From assembly GCA_902589965.1 (NCBI GenBank), contig CACIUX010000002.1, positions 94,998 to 158,997 of the forward strand: DNA of 64,000 bases, written 5' to 3'. The notes under the pieces were generated by a model. The model worked only from the letters and a program-made list of their open reading frames with translations. It did no database searches and had not been told where the DNA came from. The DNA is from an uncultured SAR86 cluster bacterium. Its GTDB lineage: Bacteria > Pseudomonadota > Gammaproteobacteria > Magnimaribacterales > AG-339-G14. Shown here one piece after another: positions 9,182 to 18,687 of the stretch. Position numbers and translations under genes: made by a program. The first letter of the stretch is position 1, and each line of letters begins with the position of its first letter.

Positions 9182-10054
9182 TTATGTCGATTTATTTTTT
9201 TCTGCTAAAGCCTTGATGAATTTAGGACCGATTCCACAACAGCCACCAATTATGGATGCTCCAAGATTTCGCCATTCCTCTGCAAATTCTAAAAATTTTT
9301 CAACTGACAAATCTCTTACTGATACTTGAACATCGTTATCAAGGGTCCAACCATCAGGAACATTAAAGACATTTGGATAGCCGCCTATTGGTTTTTGAGT
9401 TAATTCTTTCAATTCTTTAAACCCCTCAGTAATCGCATTGGGATCCGTGCAGTTGAACAAGTATGCTTCAGGCTCTACTGAAGCAGAAGCTTCGAAAGCT
9501 TCCTTGATGGACTCTCCGCTCCGCAGTTTATTTTTTTGATCTTCTTTAAGAGACCATGCAATCCAAACAGGCTTTTCATTCTTAAGATTGTGTAAAGCTT
9601 GCATGACATGTTGCATCTCTTTGATCGATGACATAGTTTCACAAATAAAAATATCAACATACGGAGTAAGCTCTTTTACGAGAGTTTCATAAATTGGAAC
9701 AGCTTCTTCTTTATCTATGACAAGATCCGGTCGGTAGCTTTCTTCCAATGGAGGCAAGGAACCAGCAACAATAACTTCTTTTTTGGAATCTTGAACAGCT
9801 TCTCTTGCAAGTTCACCGGCAAGACGAATAAGAGCCGGCATTTTATCTACTGCATTTTTTTTAGACAGATAACTTGGAATGGTTGAGTAGGTATTGGTGA
9901 TTATTAGGTCAGCACCTGAATTGATGTATTCCAAATGAACTTCTTTAACCAGCTCTGGCGCATCTATTAGGTACTGAGCAGACCAAAGACCTGAAATCAA
10001 ATCGGATCTTCTGGCTAGCAGCTCGTTTCCCATGCTTCCGTCCATCAAAATCAT
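9182..10054 (-). CDS. homocysteine S-methyltransferase
   Basis: 'ILMDGSMGNEL' at the N-terminus, 'ITNTY', and the C-terminal zinc site 'GGCCGIGP'. Confidence 0.8.
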   Translation of the reverse strand: MILMDGSMGNELLARRSDLISGLWSAQYLIDAPELVKEVHLEYINSGADLIITNTYSTIPSYLSKKNAVDKMPALIRLAGELAREAVQDSKKEVIVAGSLPPLEESYRPDLVIDKEEAVPIYETLVKELTPYVDIFICETMSSIKEMQHVMQALHNLKNEKPVWIAWSLKEDQKNKLRSGESIKEAFEASASVEPEAYLFNCTDPNAITEGFKELKELTQKPIGGYPNVFNVPDGWTLDNDVQVSVRDLSVEKFLEFAEEWRNLGASIIGGCCGIGPKFIKALAEKNKST

Positions 10055-10066
10055 ATTTCCTTAACC

Positions 10067-12124
10067 TTAATTGTTGTCTAAAGCGGTGTCGTCGGTAGAG
10101 AATAAAGCAGCTTGTTCAGGCCTAATGGAACTTATCCAGATGGGTGTGGACCAAGCACGTTCTTGGATGAACATAGGTAAATCTTTTCTGATTGTTGAGC
10201 CTGTTTTTATCGCATCCCAGGTTGACCATCGACAGGTTGGATTCTCCAATACTCTGACGTAATAAAAGTTTTTTTGAGTCGGATCATAATTCTCATCGGT
10301 CCAAATTGTTTTTAATTCAGCGGCACCTTTATCCATAGAAAAGGCGCAAGTTTCTATGTCAACTTTAGCTCCATTATCGGGGCAACGATTAGTCTCAGGA
10401 TCAACTTTCAGGTCATTTGAACAAACCACATCGATGACTTCTTCGTTTGGCATAGCATCGAACTCATCTATGGTTCCTTTGATGATTTGAATTCTTTGAA
10501 GTGGAGCACCATTTTTATCCCTTTGCGCCCAAACAATGAAGGAAGGCTTTTCAACTGAATTATAAGCAAGATCACCGCCCATGCTTACGCCTTTTTCATA
10601 TGCCATAGAAATGATTTCTTCATCACTCAGATCCAGATCATCTAGGCCGAAGCCTCCAAAGAATCTTAATTTAATTCTTGTACCGGAAGTTGCGTAAGTT
10701 TCCTTTCTTCTAAAGCCAGCAAAAATAGACTCTCTGGTATTTTCTTCAGCCCAAACTGCTGCAATTCCAGACGCCCCCCAACGGGAGTAGAAAGTATCTA
10801 AGAAATATTCTTCATCTTGTTCAACGAATCGATAGAGACCTTGGGTGTTAACCGATGAAGTAATCTGATCAATGTCTTCCTTAGCAAGGGTGGTTGATCC
10901 TCTGAGGAAAGTTTCACCGTCAAGCAGACCCACTTTTGACCAATAGTTTGATTCATCGTACGAGGAAGCAGCTGTGTGCGTATCACTAGCTCCCACTAAA
11001 CCAAATTTATAGGGATTACCTTTACCCTCCCATTCTGCAAGCATTCCACGGAGATAAGCATCTCTGACGTAACCCCCGTATGGAATAGAATAAATGTTTT
11101 GTCCAATTCTCGAAGGAAAGATTTCAAAATTAGCCCACTCGTCATTAGGCGAGAGAAGAGGATGAGTTTCTGAAGTTCCTTTAACCTGAGTCACTTCTAC
11201 AAGAGGCTCATTCCGCATCCTAAATTCTGCGTACTCTTTATCAACAACATCTCCGTTCCATTTTTCATCTTCAAACATCTGACCATTCGAGCCGTTACTG
11301 TTATGCGGTATTGCTATGCTATCGATGCCTTTTTCATCTCTCAGCATATCCATCCAAGTCCATAAATCTTCAGGATTTATTGAGTCAATTCGTGAAAATG
11401 GCCTGGTCGGTACTTTCGAACCTTCAAAAATTACGTTCCTGTGAAGATTTTCTGAATTCGCCATTGAAGATGTGAATTCATAAGCAATAAAAGTTGTTAA
11501 TTTTCCTGGTTCATAATTTTCTTCAGCTGAGCGAGCCACATCCGCCCACGCTGCAAGATGCGTTCCATGATCGTACATATCGCTTGCTAGAGATAAATTA
11601 TTCGTTCGCCATGCATTGAAAGCACCAATCAGATCATAATTTGTGAGAGTTCTGACCATATTTCTAAAAGCACCAACCCTTTGCGGAATTGAGTCTAGAT
11701 TTACATTTTCAATAGCATTAAGATCATGAAAGTGATCCGCACCAGGAAGCCTTGAGGCTTTAGATCCAACTTCAGCCCAACCGGGGACCATGCCCATGAA
11801 AAAACCATGATCAGTAACTGCAAAGAAATCTAAAGGTTCTTGTAATTGTTGGTCAAATCCTAATGGATGCTTTATAGACTCACCACGGGCAAATCGATAA
11901 GCATCGTCTGGAGTAGCGGTCGTGCCAAAAATATAGGCATCAAAAGAATGCTTGGTATGAACGTGGAGATCACCAAAAAAAACGTCTCTATCTTCACTGT
12001 AAGCAGGCCTGGCATTCTCTCTTTTACTTAAGTCTGCCTCTTCTGAAAAGTCTTTTGTTTGTTTGAGTGAGTCTGAACAACCAATGAAAATGATTGTTAG
12101 CGATATCAGTAAAACTTTAAACAT
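10067..12124 (-). CDS. DUF3604 domain protein (PHP-like metal-dependent hydrolase fold), secreted/lipoprotein
   Basis: Signal peptide with lipobox 'FIGCS'. 'FFGDLHVHTKHSFDA' is the DUF3604/PHP His cluster. Confidence 0.7.
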   Translation of the reverse strand: MFKVLLISLTIIFIGCSDSLKQTKDFSEEADLSKRENARPAYSEDRDVFFGDLHVHTKHSFDAYIFGTTATPDDAYRFARGESIKHPLGFDQQLQEPLDFFAVTDHGFFMGMVPGWAEVGSKASRLPGADHFHDLNAIENVNLDSIPQRVGAFRNMVRTLTNYDLIGAFNAWRTNNLSLASDMYDHGTHLAAWADVARSAEENYEPGKLTTFIAYEFTSSMANSENLHRNVIFEGSKVPTRPFSRIDSINPEDLWTWMDMLRDEKGIDSIAIPHNSNGSNGQMFEDEKWNGDVVDKEYAEFRMRNEPLVEVTQVKGTSETHPLLSPNDEWANFEIFPSRIGQNIYSIPYGGYVRDAYLRGMLAEWEGKGNPYKFGLVGASDTHTAASSYDESNYWSKVGLLDGETFLRGSTTLAKEDIDQITSSVNTQGLYRFVEQDEEYFLDTFYSRWGASGIAAVWAEENTRESIFAGFRRKETYATSGTRIKLRFFGGFGLDDLDLSDEEIISMAYEKGVSMGGDLAYNSVEKPSFIVWAQRDKNGAPLQRIQIIKGTIDEFDAMPNEEVIDVVCSNDLKVDPETNRCPDNGAKVDIETCAFSMDKGAAELKTIWTDENYDPTQKNFYYVRVLENPTCRWSTWDAIKTGSTIRKDLPMFIQERAWSTPIWISSIRPEQAALFSTDDTALDNN

Positions 12125-12197
12125 TTTTTCCCCTTAAAAATCTTGCAGATAGTCTTTAATTCTCTAATAAATTATCACAAGAATGAGAGGAAAAATA

Positions 12198-12214
12198 TGA
12201 CATATTTAATGTCA
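12198..12214. promoter_or_regulatory. palindrome TGACAT-ATTTA-ATGTCA upstream of the DUF3604 gene
   Basis: Read directly. It lies 74-90 nt upstream of the start of the first gene of the minus-strand DUF3604/HMT/tetR/GH string. Confidence 0.3.
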
Positions 12215-12248
12215 AAAGTGAATATAAGTTATTAGGTTTGAAAATAAT

Positions 12249-13250
12249 TCAAATCTCAATTGAGATTTTGCCAAAATGTTTATTATCCATTTGAAATTGA
12301 AACGCTTCTCCTAACTTCTCTAATTTAAAAGTATCGCTAATTATTGGCCTAATATCAGTCCCATTAAGGAAGTCAACCATATCTCTTTGAGATTTTTGGC
12401 TGCCCATGGAAATTCCTGAAGTTCGAAGTTGCTTAGCGAAAAGTCTTGGCAATAGTATTTCACTGGTATTGCCGTCTAAGATTCCTATGATAGAAATATG
12501 GCCGCCTAATTTGGCGCATCGGATTGATTCATTGAAAGATTCTCCTCCTGCAACTTCAACGACATGATCTACCCCTTCATTCGCCGTTAACTTCAAGACT
12601 TCTTTTCCCCACTGAGGATGTTTTTTGTAATTAACTACTTCATCAGCACCTAGGGATTTCAATTTTTCTGCTTTTTGATCAGAGGAGGTCGTCGCAATCA
12701 CATTTGCTCCATGAGCCTTGGCTAATTGAAGAGCAAAAATGGAAACACCGCCGGATCCTTGGACCAAAATTGTTTCGTTTGGTTGAAGGTTTCCTTCCTC
12801 CATTATTGCTCTCCAAGCAGTGAGTCCTGCGCAAGGTAATGTAGCTGCTTCTTGTAAAGACCAATCATTAGGAATCGGAGTCAATGCATTAGCTTTAATG
12901 GTCATGTACTCGCTTGCATAACCGTCTTCATTATCTCCAATGAAGCTAAAGTATTCATATTTTGGTGGACCATCTATCCATCTCGGGAAACTCACGCTCA
13001 TCACTTGATCTCCGGTTTTCCATTCATTGACCGACTCTCCAAGTGCTTCTACGGTACAGCCAGCATCACCAAGAGGTACTCTCTTGTCTTCAGTAGGAAT
13101 AAAACCAATAGCGACGAGGAGATCGTGATAATTCAGGCTGCTGTGCGAAACTTTCAAAAGAACCTCGTCGTTCAAAGGCTCTGGTTTTTCTGCATCTACA
13201 AATTTAAGGTTATCTAGCCCGCCAGGCTTATCTATTTCTATTCTTTTCAT
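12249..13250 (-). CDS. zinc-type alcohol dehydrogenase / NADPH:quinone oxidoreductase (MDR family)
   Basis: 'VQGSGGVSIFALQLAK' cofactor-binding motif and a GroES-like N-terminus. I prefer the ATG at 13250 over the TTG at 13265. Confidence 0.8.
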   Translation of the reverse strand: MKRIEIDKPGGLDNLKFVDAEKPEPLNDEVLLKVSHSSLNYHDLLVAIGFIPTEDKRVPLGDAGCTVEALGESVNEWKTGDQVMSVSFPRWIDGPPKYEYFSFIGDNEDGYASEYMTIKANALTPIPNDWSLQEAATLPCAGLTAWRAIMEEGNLQPNETILVQGSGGVSIFALQLAKAHGANVIATTSSDQKAEKLKSLGADEVVNYKKHPQWGKEVLKLTANEGVDHVVEVAGGESFNESIRCAKLGGHISIIGILDGNTSEILLPRLFAKQLRTSGISMGSQKSQRDMVDFLNGTDIRPIISDTFKLEKLGEAFQFQMDNKHFGKISIEI

Positions 13251-13437
13251 ATTTAATTTTCCCAAAAAAGCATAAAAAAAAGCTTTTTTAATAACTTTGA
13301 GTTACATCTTTATAAATTCAATCTTATTTTGCCTGCATTTAACAAAAATGCACTCTTTTCGATCATTTTGAGATCATCCATTGCATATAATATTTTTGTT
13401 TAAATACGCATATTAACTAATAAAAGGAGTAAAAAAG

Positions 13438-13542
13438 ATGATTAATTTCCAAGTTTTCACCGGAAGCGTAGGATTAGCTTTCTGCTTGGGATTTTTGATT
13501 TACATAGGCAGCCTAGGACTGGCAAGTTTTAGCCTAGTTTAA
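13438..13542 (+). CDS. small hydrophobic peptide (34 aa)
   Basis: GGAG sits 8 nt upstream of the ATG. Translation MINFQVFTGSVGLAFCLGFLIYIGSLGLASFSLV is a single predicted TM helix. Confidence 0.4.
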   Translation: MINFQVFTGSVGLAFCLGFLIYIGSLGLASFSLV

Positions 13543-13570
13543 TCAACTTACTTATAAGAACATTTCCCCC

Positions 13571-13611
13571 TAGACCCTTCAGTTCTCCCAATTTAAAACC
13601 TGAAGGGTCTA
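13571..13611 (+). terminator. 12-bp perfect stem hairpin (tagacccttcag / ctgaagggtcta)
   Basis: Read directly, 29 nt downstream of the 34-aa ORF. The loop is 17 nt and there is no clear U-tract, so terminator function is uncertain. Confidence 0.35.
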
Positions 13612-13731
13612 ATCTAAAACAGAACATCATGGATTACGAAACTTTTCAAAAACTCAGAACCCTTTTAATCATGTTATTTTTTACGACAGGTTTCTCTATC
13701 GGATACTTTATATCTCAAGTTATCATATAGC

Positions 13732-13866
13732 GTGACCAATCGCTGCTCTAACTGCAAAAAAAAACTTCCTCTACATTTTTTTGAAAAGGATCGCCACGGT
13801 CTTATGGGATTAAAAAATGTTTGCAGGCCTTGTTTCTCTTCTCTATCTGCTAAGACGAGCAACTAA
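13732..13866 (+). CDS. possible zinc-ribbon mini-protein (44 aa, GTG start)
   Basis: VTNRCSNCKKKLPLHFFEKDRHGLMGLKNVCRPCFSSLSAKTSN has CxxC-x22-CxxC. There is no SD, and it overlaps the selO 3' end by 17 nt. Confidence 0.25.
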   Translation: MTNRCSNCKKKLPLHFFEKDRHGLMGLKNVCRPCFSSLSAKTSN

Positions 13867-15277
13867 GTTGCTGATTTTGCTGTTCCTTTGGAGCAGGGAT
13901 ACAATATTTATCCATCGACTTGCCCTGATTATCGTAAGGGTTCTTTAACACTTTAGCCAGCTGTTCTATTTTATCTGATCTTCCTTCCTCTGCATCTTCA
14001 ATAGCTGATTGTGCTAGATAATTTCTAAGAATATATTTTGGATTATTTTTATTCATCAATAATATTGATTGCTCAATGTTATTTTCATCTTTGCTTAATC
14101 TAGTTTTATAGGAAGCGAGCCAAGTGGAAAAGTTATCAGACAATTTAAAATCGTCTGGAGAACAAATGATCATAGATAGATCCCTGAAGGTATTGGTATA
14201 GTCGAGTTTTTCTGTTTCCATAATCTCAAACAGCCCAAGAAGAAGATCATAGTCGCCATCTTGGGTGCTTTTAAAACCGAGTTTCTTTCGATATTTTTCA
14301 ATCAAGGAATCGTAAAAATAATCATTAAATTTATTCAAAATATCTCTTAACTCAGTCTCGCTGAAAAGGTCAATTAAAGCTGAGGCAAGAGCATAGCAAT
14401 TCCATTCCGCAATGCTTGGCTGATTTGAAAAGCTATAGCGTCCTTGTGAGTCGGTATGGTTGCAAATGTAGTTAGGGTTAAAAGTTTCCATGAAAGCGTA
14501 CGGACCGTAATCAAAAGTCTCACCGAGAATAGACATATTATCGGTATTCATAACTCCATGATTGAATCCAACACTTTGCCAAGCTGAAACCATGTGAGCT
14601 GTTTTTTTAACTGTTGCATCGAGGAATAATAAGTATTTATCAGAATCTTGTTTTGTATTTGGGTAGTAGCAGTCAATTACATGATCAAGTAACGTTTTTA
14701 CGCCATCTGCAATTTTATTGTGGTGAAAATATTCAAAGTGTCCAAATCTGATATGAGTCTTAGCAGTTCTAACAATCATTGCTCCACGTTCAGTTTCTTC
14801 ACGCATCACCGGTTCGTTGCTGCCGAAAAGCATTAAAGATCTTGAGCTTGGAATGCCTAACCCAAACATTGCTTCGCCGCATAAATGTTCTCTTACCGAT
14901 GATCGGATAACAGCTCTGCCATCACCAAACCTTGAATAAGGAGTTTTTCCTGCACCCTTAATATGAAGATCAACAAGTCCCTCAGACGAATCAATTTGAC
15001 CAAAGAGGATTCCCCGGCCATCACCTAGCTGGTTCACCCAATTACCAAACTGATGACCACCGTATACCATTGCTAGAGGAGAAGATTTAATGAAATTTTT
15101 GCTTCCATTAAAAACTTGCATTAATTCTTCTGGATCGTCTTGAATGCCTAAACTTTTTGCTAAGTCATGATTAAAGTGAAGCAAAAAAGGTTGATCAAAT
15201 GAAGACCAACTTTGCTTCGTATAAAAACTACTAGGTAACTTGGAAAAAGGATTTGTAAATTTTATGTTTTCAAACAT
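13850..15277 (-). CDS. selO: protein adenylyltransferase SelO (YdiU/UPF0061)
   Basis: 'HQFGNWVNQLGDGRGILFGQ', 'HIKGAGKTPYSR', 'DGRAV' and 'GVMNTDNMSILGETFDYGP' are SelO pseudokinase-fold signatures. Confidence 0.85.
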   Translation of the reverse strand: MFENIKFTNPFSKLPSSFYTKQSWSSFDQPFLLHFNHDLAKSLGIQDDPEELMQVFNGSKNFIKSSPLAMVYGGHQFGNWVNQLGDGRGILFGQIDSSEGLVDLHIKGAGKTPYSRFGDGRAVIRSSVREHLCGEAMFGLGIPSSRSLMLFGSNEPVMREETERGAMIVRTAKTHIRFGHFEYFHHNKIADGVKTLLDHVIDCYYPNTKQDSDKYLLFLDATVKKTAHMVSAWQSVGFNHGVMNTDNMSILGETFDYGPYAFMETFNPNYICNHTDSQGRYSFSNQPSIAEWNCYALASALIDLFSETELRDILNKFNDYFYDSLIEKYRKKLGFKSTQDGDYDLLLGLFEIMETEKLDYTNTFRDLSMIICSPDDFKLSDNFSTWLASYKTRLSKDENNIEQSILLMNKNNPKYILRNYLAQSAIEDAEEGRSDKIEQLAKVLKNPYDNQGKSMDKYCIPAPKEQQNQQLSCSS

Positions 15278-15280
15278 CTT

Positions 15281-16330
15281 TTATTTCAAGAAAGATAAAG
15301 CATTCAAGTGCAAAGCTTGCCAGGCCGATCTTTCTGCCATCACAGCAAACATTTCATCGCCGCGGTCTGTTCTCTCAACAATCATCGCAGATAATACAGC
15401 CATCAAAAAGCCTACAAAAGAAGCACGTCGATAATCATCCCATGCTTGTTCAAAACTATAACTATCACTAACCCCAAGTAAATCGTAATAACCCTTGACT
15501 AAACCCTCCTCCTTCTTAGCTCTTTCGTTAGGTTCTCGAAAACTTGTTGATATGCAATAAGCTACATCATTTAAAGGCAAGCCGACTGCTGCAGTTTGCC
15601 AATCTAGAAGGACTGCTCTGTTATTTTTATCTGTGAAGAGCAGATTATCAAGCCTCAAATCACCCTGAACTAATGTCATAGGTCCTTCTCTAACATCAGC
15701 ATACTTGTCGTAATTGGTTAATAAAGTATCGCCCATCTCAAAAATATCTTTTGAAATTCTTCCACGGTATCTGTTCTTCCATTCAGGATAAACGGCTGGT
15801 AAAAGCTCTGCAGCGAATTTTTTTCTTTCTTCGCTGATGCCATAGGTAAGCCAAGGATAAGTTAAAAGTGTTTCATCGTTCCAATAACTTTTGTGAAGTG
15901 CTGCAGCTTCTTTCAAAACCATCGCAATCTCATCGGCGGTGCAACCTTCCATTTGAGGAATTTGTTTGGCAGGGTACATATCTTCGAGCAGTAAGATGCC
16001 ATCGTTTGTTTCTGAATCGTAATCTGCAAAGTAAGGTTCAGGTACTCGTGCAGAACATTTTGCAGATAAGTATTGATAGAATGATACTTCTATTTCATAT
16101 AAATGAAGATTTCTTGCAGTTTCTCTACTTGAAGAATCCTCTGCAGGACATTTGGCAATTAAAGAAGCAGGAGAATCTTTTGCATTAATCCAGTTTAGGT
16201 TGATTCGATAACAATCTCCTACCTGGCCTGATCCTACTGCTTCAAAGTCAAAACTATCTAGATCTAATTCTTCTTTATTAAACAAATTCGAAATAAATTC
16301 TTTTGTTAGCTGATTTGGATGATCCAACAT
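15281..16330 (-). CDS. kinase-fold phosphotransferase (APH/choline-kinase/EcKL-like)
   Basis: Catalytic loop 'QGDLRLDNLLF' and metal-binding 'LLDWQ'. It lies 3 nt upstream of selO. Confidence 0.7.
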   Translation of the reverse strand: MLDHPNQLTKEFISNLFNKEELDLDSFDFEAVGSGQVGDCYRINLNWINAKDSPASLIAKCPAEDSSSRETARNLHLYEIEVSFYQYLSAKCSARVPEPYFADYDSETNDGILLLEDMYPAKQIPQMEGCTADEIAMVLKEAAALHKSYWNDETLLTYPWLTYGISEERKKFAAELLPAVYPEWKNRYRGRISKDIFEMGDTLLTNYDKYADVREGPMTLVQGDLRLDNLLFTDKNNRAVLLDWQTAAVGLPLNDVAYCISTSFREPNERAKKEEGLVKGYYDLLGVSDSYSFEQAWDDYRRASFVGFLMAVLSAMIVERTDRGDEMFAVMAERSAWQALHLNALSFLK

Positions 16331-16331
16331 T

Positions 16332-17147
16332 TTAAATATCTTGTATTATTGATTTTATGGGTTCGTATGAAAATTCATCAATATTACAATTGAAATAGAG
16401 TGATAAATTTTCAAAAATAAAACTTTCGTTCAACCTTTTTTTAGTCTCATCCCGTTCCTTTTTATTCAACCAAAAGTTACTCCAAATGAAATCAAATCTT
16501 TCATTTCCTAAAAATATTAATCTATTGCCATCAGTAATTTCTACGTTATAGCGATGTGAATTCGAAAAGATTGCAGGATTTGCATTATCTACAGTTGAGA
16601 GAATCGCTAAAGCTAAATTAAGATCGTTCTCGTCTTTGAAATTGCAAGACACGAACATTGAATAATGAGGCGGAAGACCCAACCACTCTACATCTGGCTC
16701 TTTCGATGAAACTATTTCAGTTACTTCTTCAATTTCCTCATCACAAGCTAAAACTTTATTAAATCTAGAGTTCCATCTTTCCTCATAAAGCTCTTGCCAG
16801 ATCAACTTAAATTCATCTCTTGTTTCAGAGTCACTCCATGTCTCGCTCCAAATAAGAGTTTCCGTTCTATTCTTCTGAAACAAAGATGACCTAACCGATG
16901 GATTTTTTAACTCTTCCATCACCTCATTCCATCCTCTCAACAATACTTCGAGATTTTTTTTAGAAAAATCTTCTCCTTTAGTGCAGGTTTTATAGACATT
17001 TATCCCGCTTTTTTGAAGAAATACGTCTTCCATCGTATCGATATCTATAACTACTCTATCTTCATTTTCAGTTAGTTCATTCTGACAGCTAAGTAAAACA
17101 AGAATTATCAAAATTGCTGAAAAAATTAACGATTTGTTAGTTTTCAT
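16332..17147 (-). CDS. lipoprotein of unknown function
   Basis: Signal peptide plus lipobox 'VLLSCQ'. I recognise no family. Confidence 0.5.
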   Translation of the reverse strand: MKTNKSLIFSAILIILVLLSCQNELTENEDRVVIDIDTMEDVFLQKSGINVYKTCTKGEDFSKKNLEVLLRGWNEVMEELKNPSVRSSLFQKNRTETLIWSETWSDSETRDEFKLIWQELYEERWNSRFNKVLACDEEIEEVTEIVSSKEPDVEWLGLPPHYSMFVSCNFKDENDLNLALAILSTVDNANPAIFSNSHRYNVEITDGNRLIFLGNERFDFIWSNFWLNKKERDETKKRLNESFIFENLSLYFNCNIDEFSYEPIKSIIQDI

Positions 17148-17227
17148 ATTAGTTTCATTTTAGCATTCCATAACAATAGATTTTTTACTATAGTTAAAGG
17201 CCGTAAAAAATTTTTTAGGAGAGATAT

Positions 17228-17935
17228 ATGAAATTTTTACAACTAATGGCATTGCTGGTTTTATCCAGTTTTATTTTTACTCAGAATGCCCCAGGAGATG
17301 GAGCCTTCTCAACTTTTCACGTTAAAGCTGAAAATCCAACTGAGTACGCAAATTATCTAAAAGAGAATTCACAACTTTTAGGAAATCAAAACCCAGTTGC
17401 TGCAGGTACATGCATTACAAGAGCAGGAAGTAGATACACTGGAGAAATGTTTGTATGGCAAGCTTTTAATAGCATGGAGGAAGCAATGGATAATACAACT
17501 GCTTACGATCCCTACTCTGCTCCTTTCGCCTTGAAACAAATGAGGACACCTCTTTATTCATCTTTTTGGAAACCACTTAAGTCTTTCAACATAAGACCGA
17601 AGAGTTTTGAAAGAGTCAACAGAGTTATCGTGCAACCTGAGAACTTATTAGAATACATTCAAGTAGCAACGATGTTTGAACAAGAACTTCAGAAATCAAA
17701 TCCTGGCTTTGTTTTGGGAATCTTTCAACCATTAGGTGGCGGCGCAGAAGAAGCAGTTGCAAATCAGTACATGGTTAGGGGGTTAACAGATACTCCAGGA
17801 GAACACGGGAAATTCGCAGATGATTTTTTTGCGGGCAACGTAACCTGGGCTGCCATGTATCAAAAACTACTTAGTTTAGGAACTATAATTGATGATAGTT
17901 ATGATGAGTGTGAAATTCTTTACACGGCTGAATAA
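17228..17935 (+). CDS. secreted protein of unknown function, paralogue A
   Basis: It has a signal peptide. It is roughly 40% identical by eye to the next gene ('FSTFHV.AENP.EY', 'GEMF.W.A', 'FERV.RV.V.PEN', 'PLGGG', C-terminal 'CEILYTAE'). Confidence 0.6.
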   Translation: MKFLQLMALLVLSSFIFTQNAPGDGAFSTFHVKAENPTEYANYLKENSQLLGNQNPVAAGTCITRAGSRYTGEMFVWQAFNSMEEAMDNTTAYDPYSAPFALKQMRTPLYSSFWKPLKSFNIRPKSFERVNRVIVQPENLLEYIQVATMFEQELQKSNPGFVLGIFQPLGGGAEEAVANQYMVRGLTDTPGEHGKFADDFFAGNVTWAAMYQKLLSLGTIIDDSYDECEILYTAE

Positions 17936-17951
17936 TTTATTAGGAGATATT

Positions 17952-18683
17952 ATGAAAATATTTAATTTAATTTTAATCATGGTCTTAGCAAATTTCACAA
18001 TTGCTGATGATCATGTTTCCGCAAGCTCTGCTGCAGGAGCAGGCTTGCCTGAAGGTGGATTTTCTACATTTCATGTAGTTGCTGAAAATCCTTACGAATA
18101 CATTGAAGCTCTTAAAGCAGCTCCAGAGGCATTAGCAGCCGGTGGAGGAGATGTTGTTGGCTATTGTATGACTATGACTGGTCATGATTATCCAGGTGAA
18201 ATGTTTATTTGGAATGCTTATTCCAGTCTAAAAGATGCACTATCTTCCTCTGCAGGCCTTTCTTATAATCCTTACGATGCACCAAAGCAGCTTCAAAATA
18301 TGAGAAAAATTTTGTATACAAGTGCATGGAAGCCTTTGACACCATTCGAACTCAAACCTGGATTTGAAAGAGTCACTAGAGTGATGGTTAAGCCTGAGAA
18401 TACCCAAAAGTTTCTTCAAGCTACAGAAATGGTTCAGGCCGCTATAAATGCTTCGGGTTCTGAATTTGAAATGGGTGTTTTTCTACCTTTAGGAGGAGGA
18501 TCCAAGGAAACTACTATGATGTTAAGAGGTATTGCTCCTGACGGAGAATCTTTTGGTTCTCTTTATGAAGAAGGTTATGGCGGAGCAGCATGGGGACAAG
18601 CATTCTTAGGAATGATGGCTTTAGTAGACGAAATAGTTAGAGACTCTCATGAACAGTGTGAGATTCTATACACAGCTGAGTAA
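17952..18683 (+). CDS. secreted protein of unknown function, paralogue B
   Basis: The ATG at 17952 follows AGGAGA. It has a signal peptide and shares motifs and the C-terminal 'CEILYTAE' with paralogue A. Confidence 0.6.
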   Translation: MKIFNLILIMVLANFTIADDHVSASSAAGAGLPEGGFSTFHVVAENPYEYIEALKAAPEALAAGGGDVVGYCMTMTGHDYPGEMFIWNAYSSLKDALSSSAGLSYNPYDAPKQLQNMRKILYTSAWKPLTPFELKPGFERVTRVMVKPENTQKFLQATEMVQAAINASGSEFEMGVFLPLGGGSKETTMMLRGIAPDGESFGSLYEEGYGGAAWGQAFLGMMALVDEIVRDSHEQCEILYTAE

Positions 18684-18687
18684 GATT

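Noticed and set aside
13674-13862. 62-aa minus-strand ORF in the long spacer upstream of selO's 3' end.
   Set aside because: It has no SD, no motif and an Arg/Lys-rich odd composition. It overlaps the plus-strand mini-ORFs, which are themselves only weakly supported.
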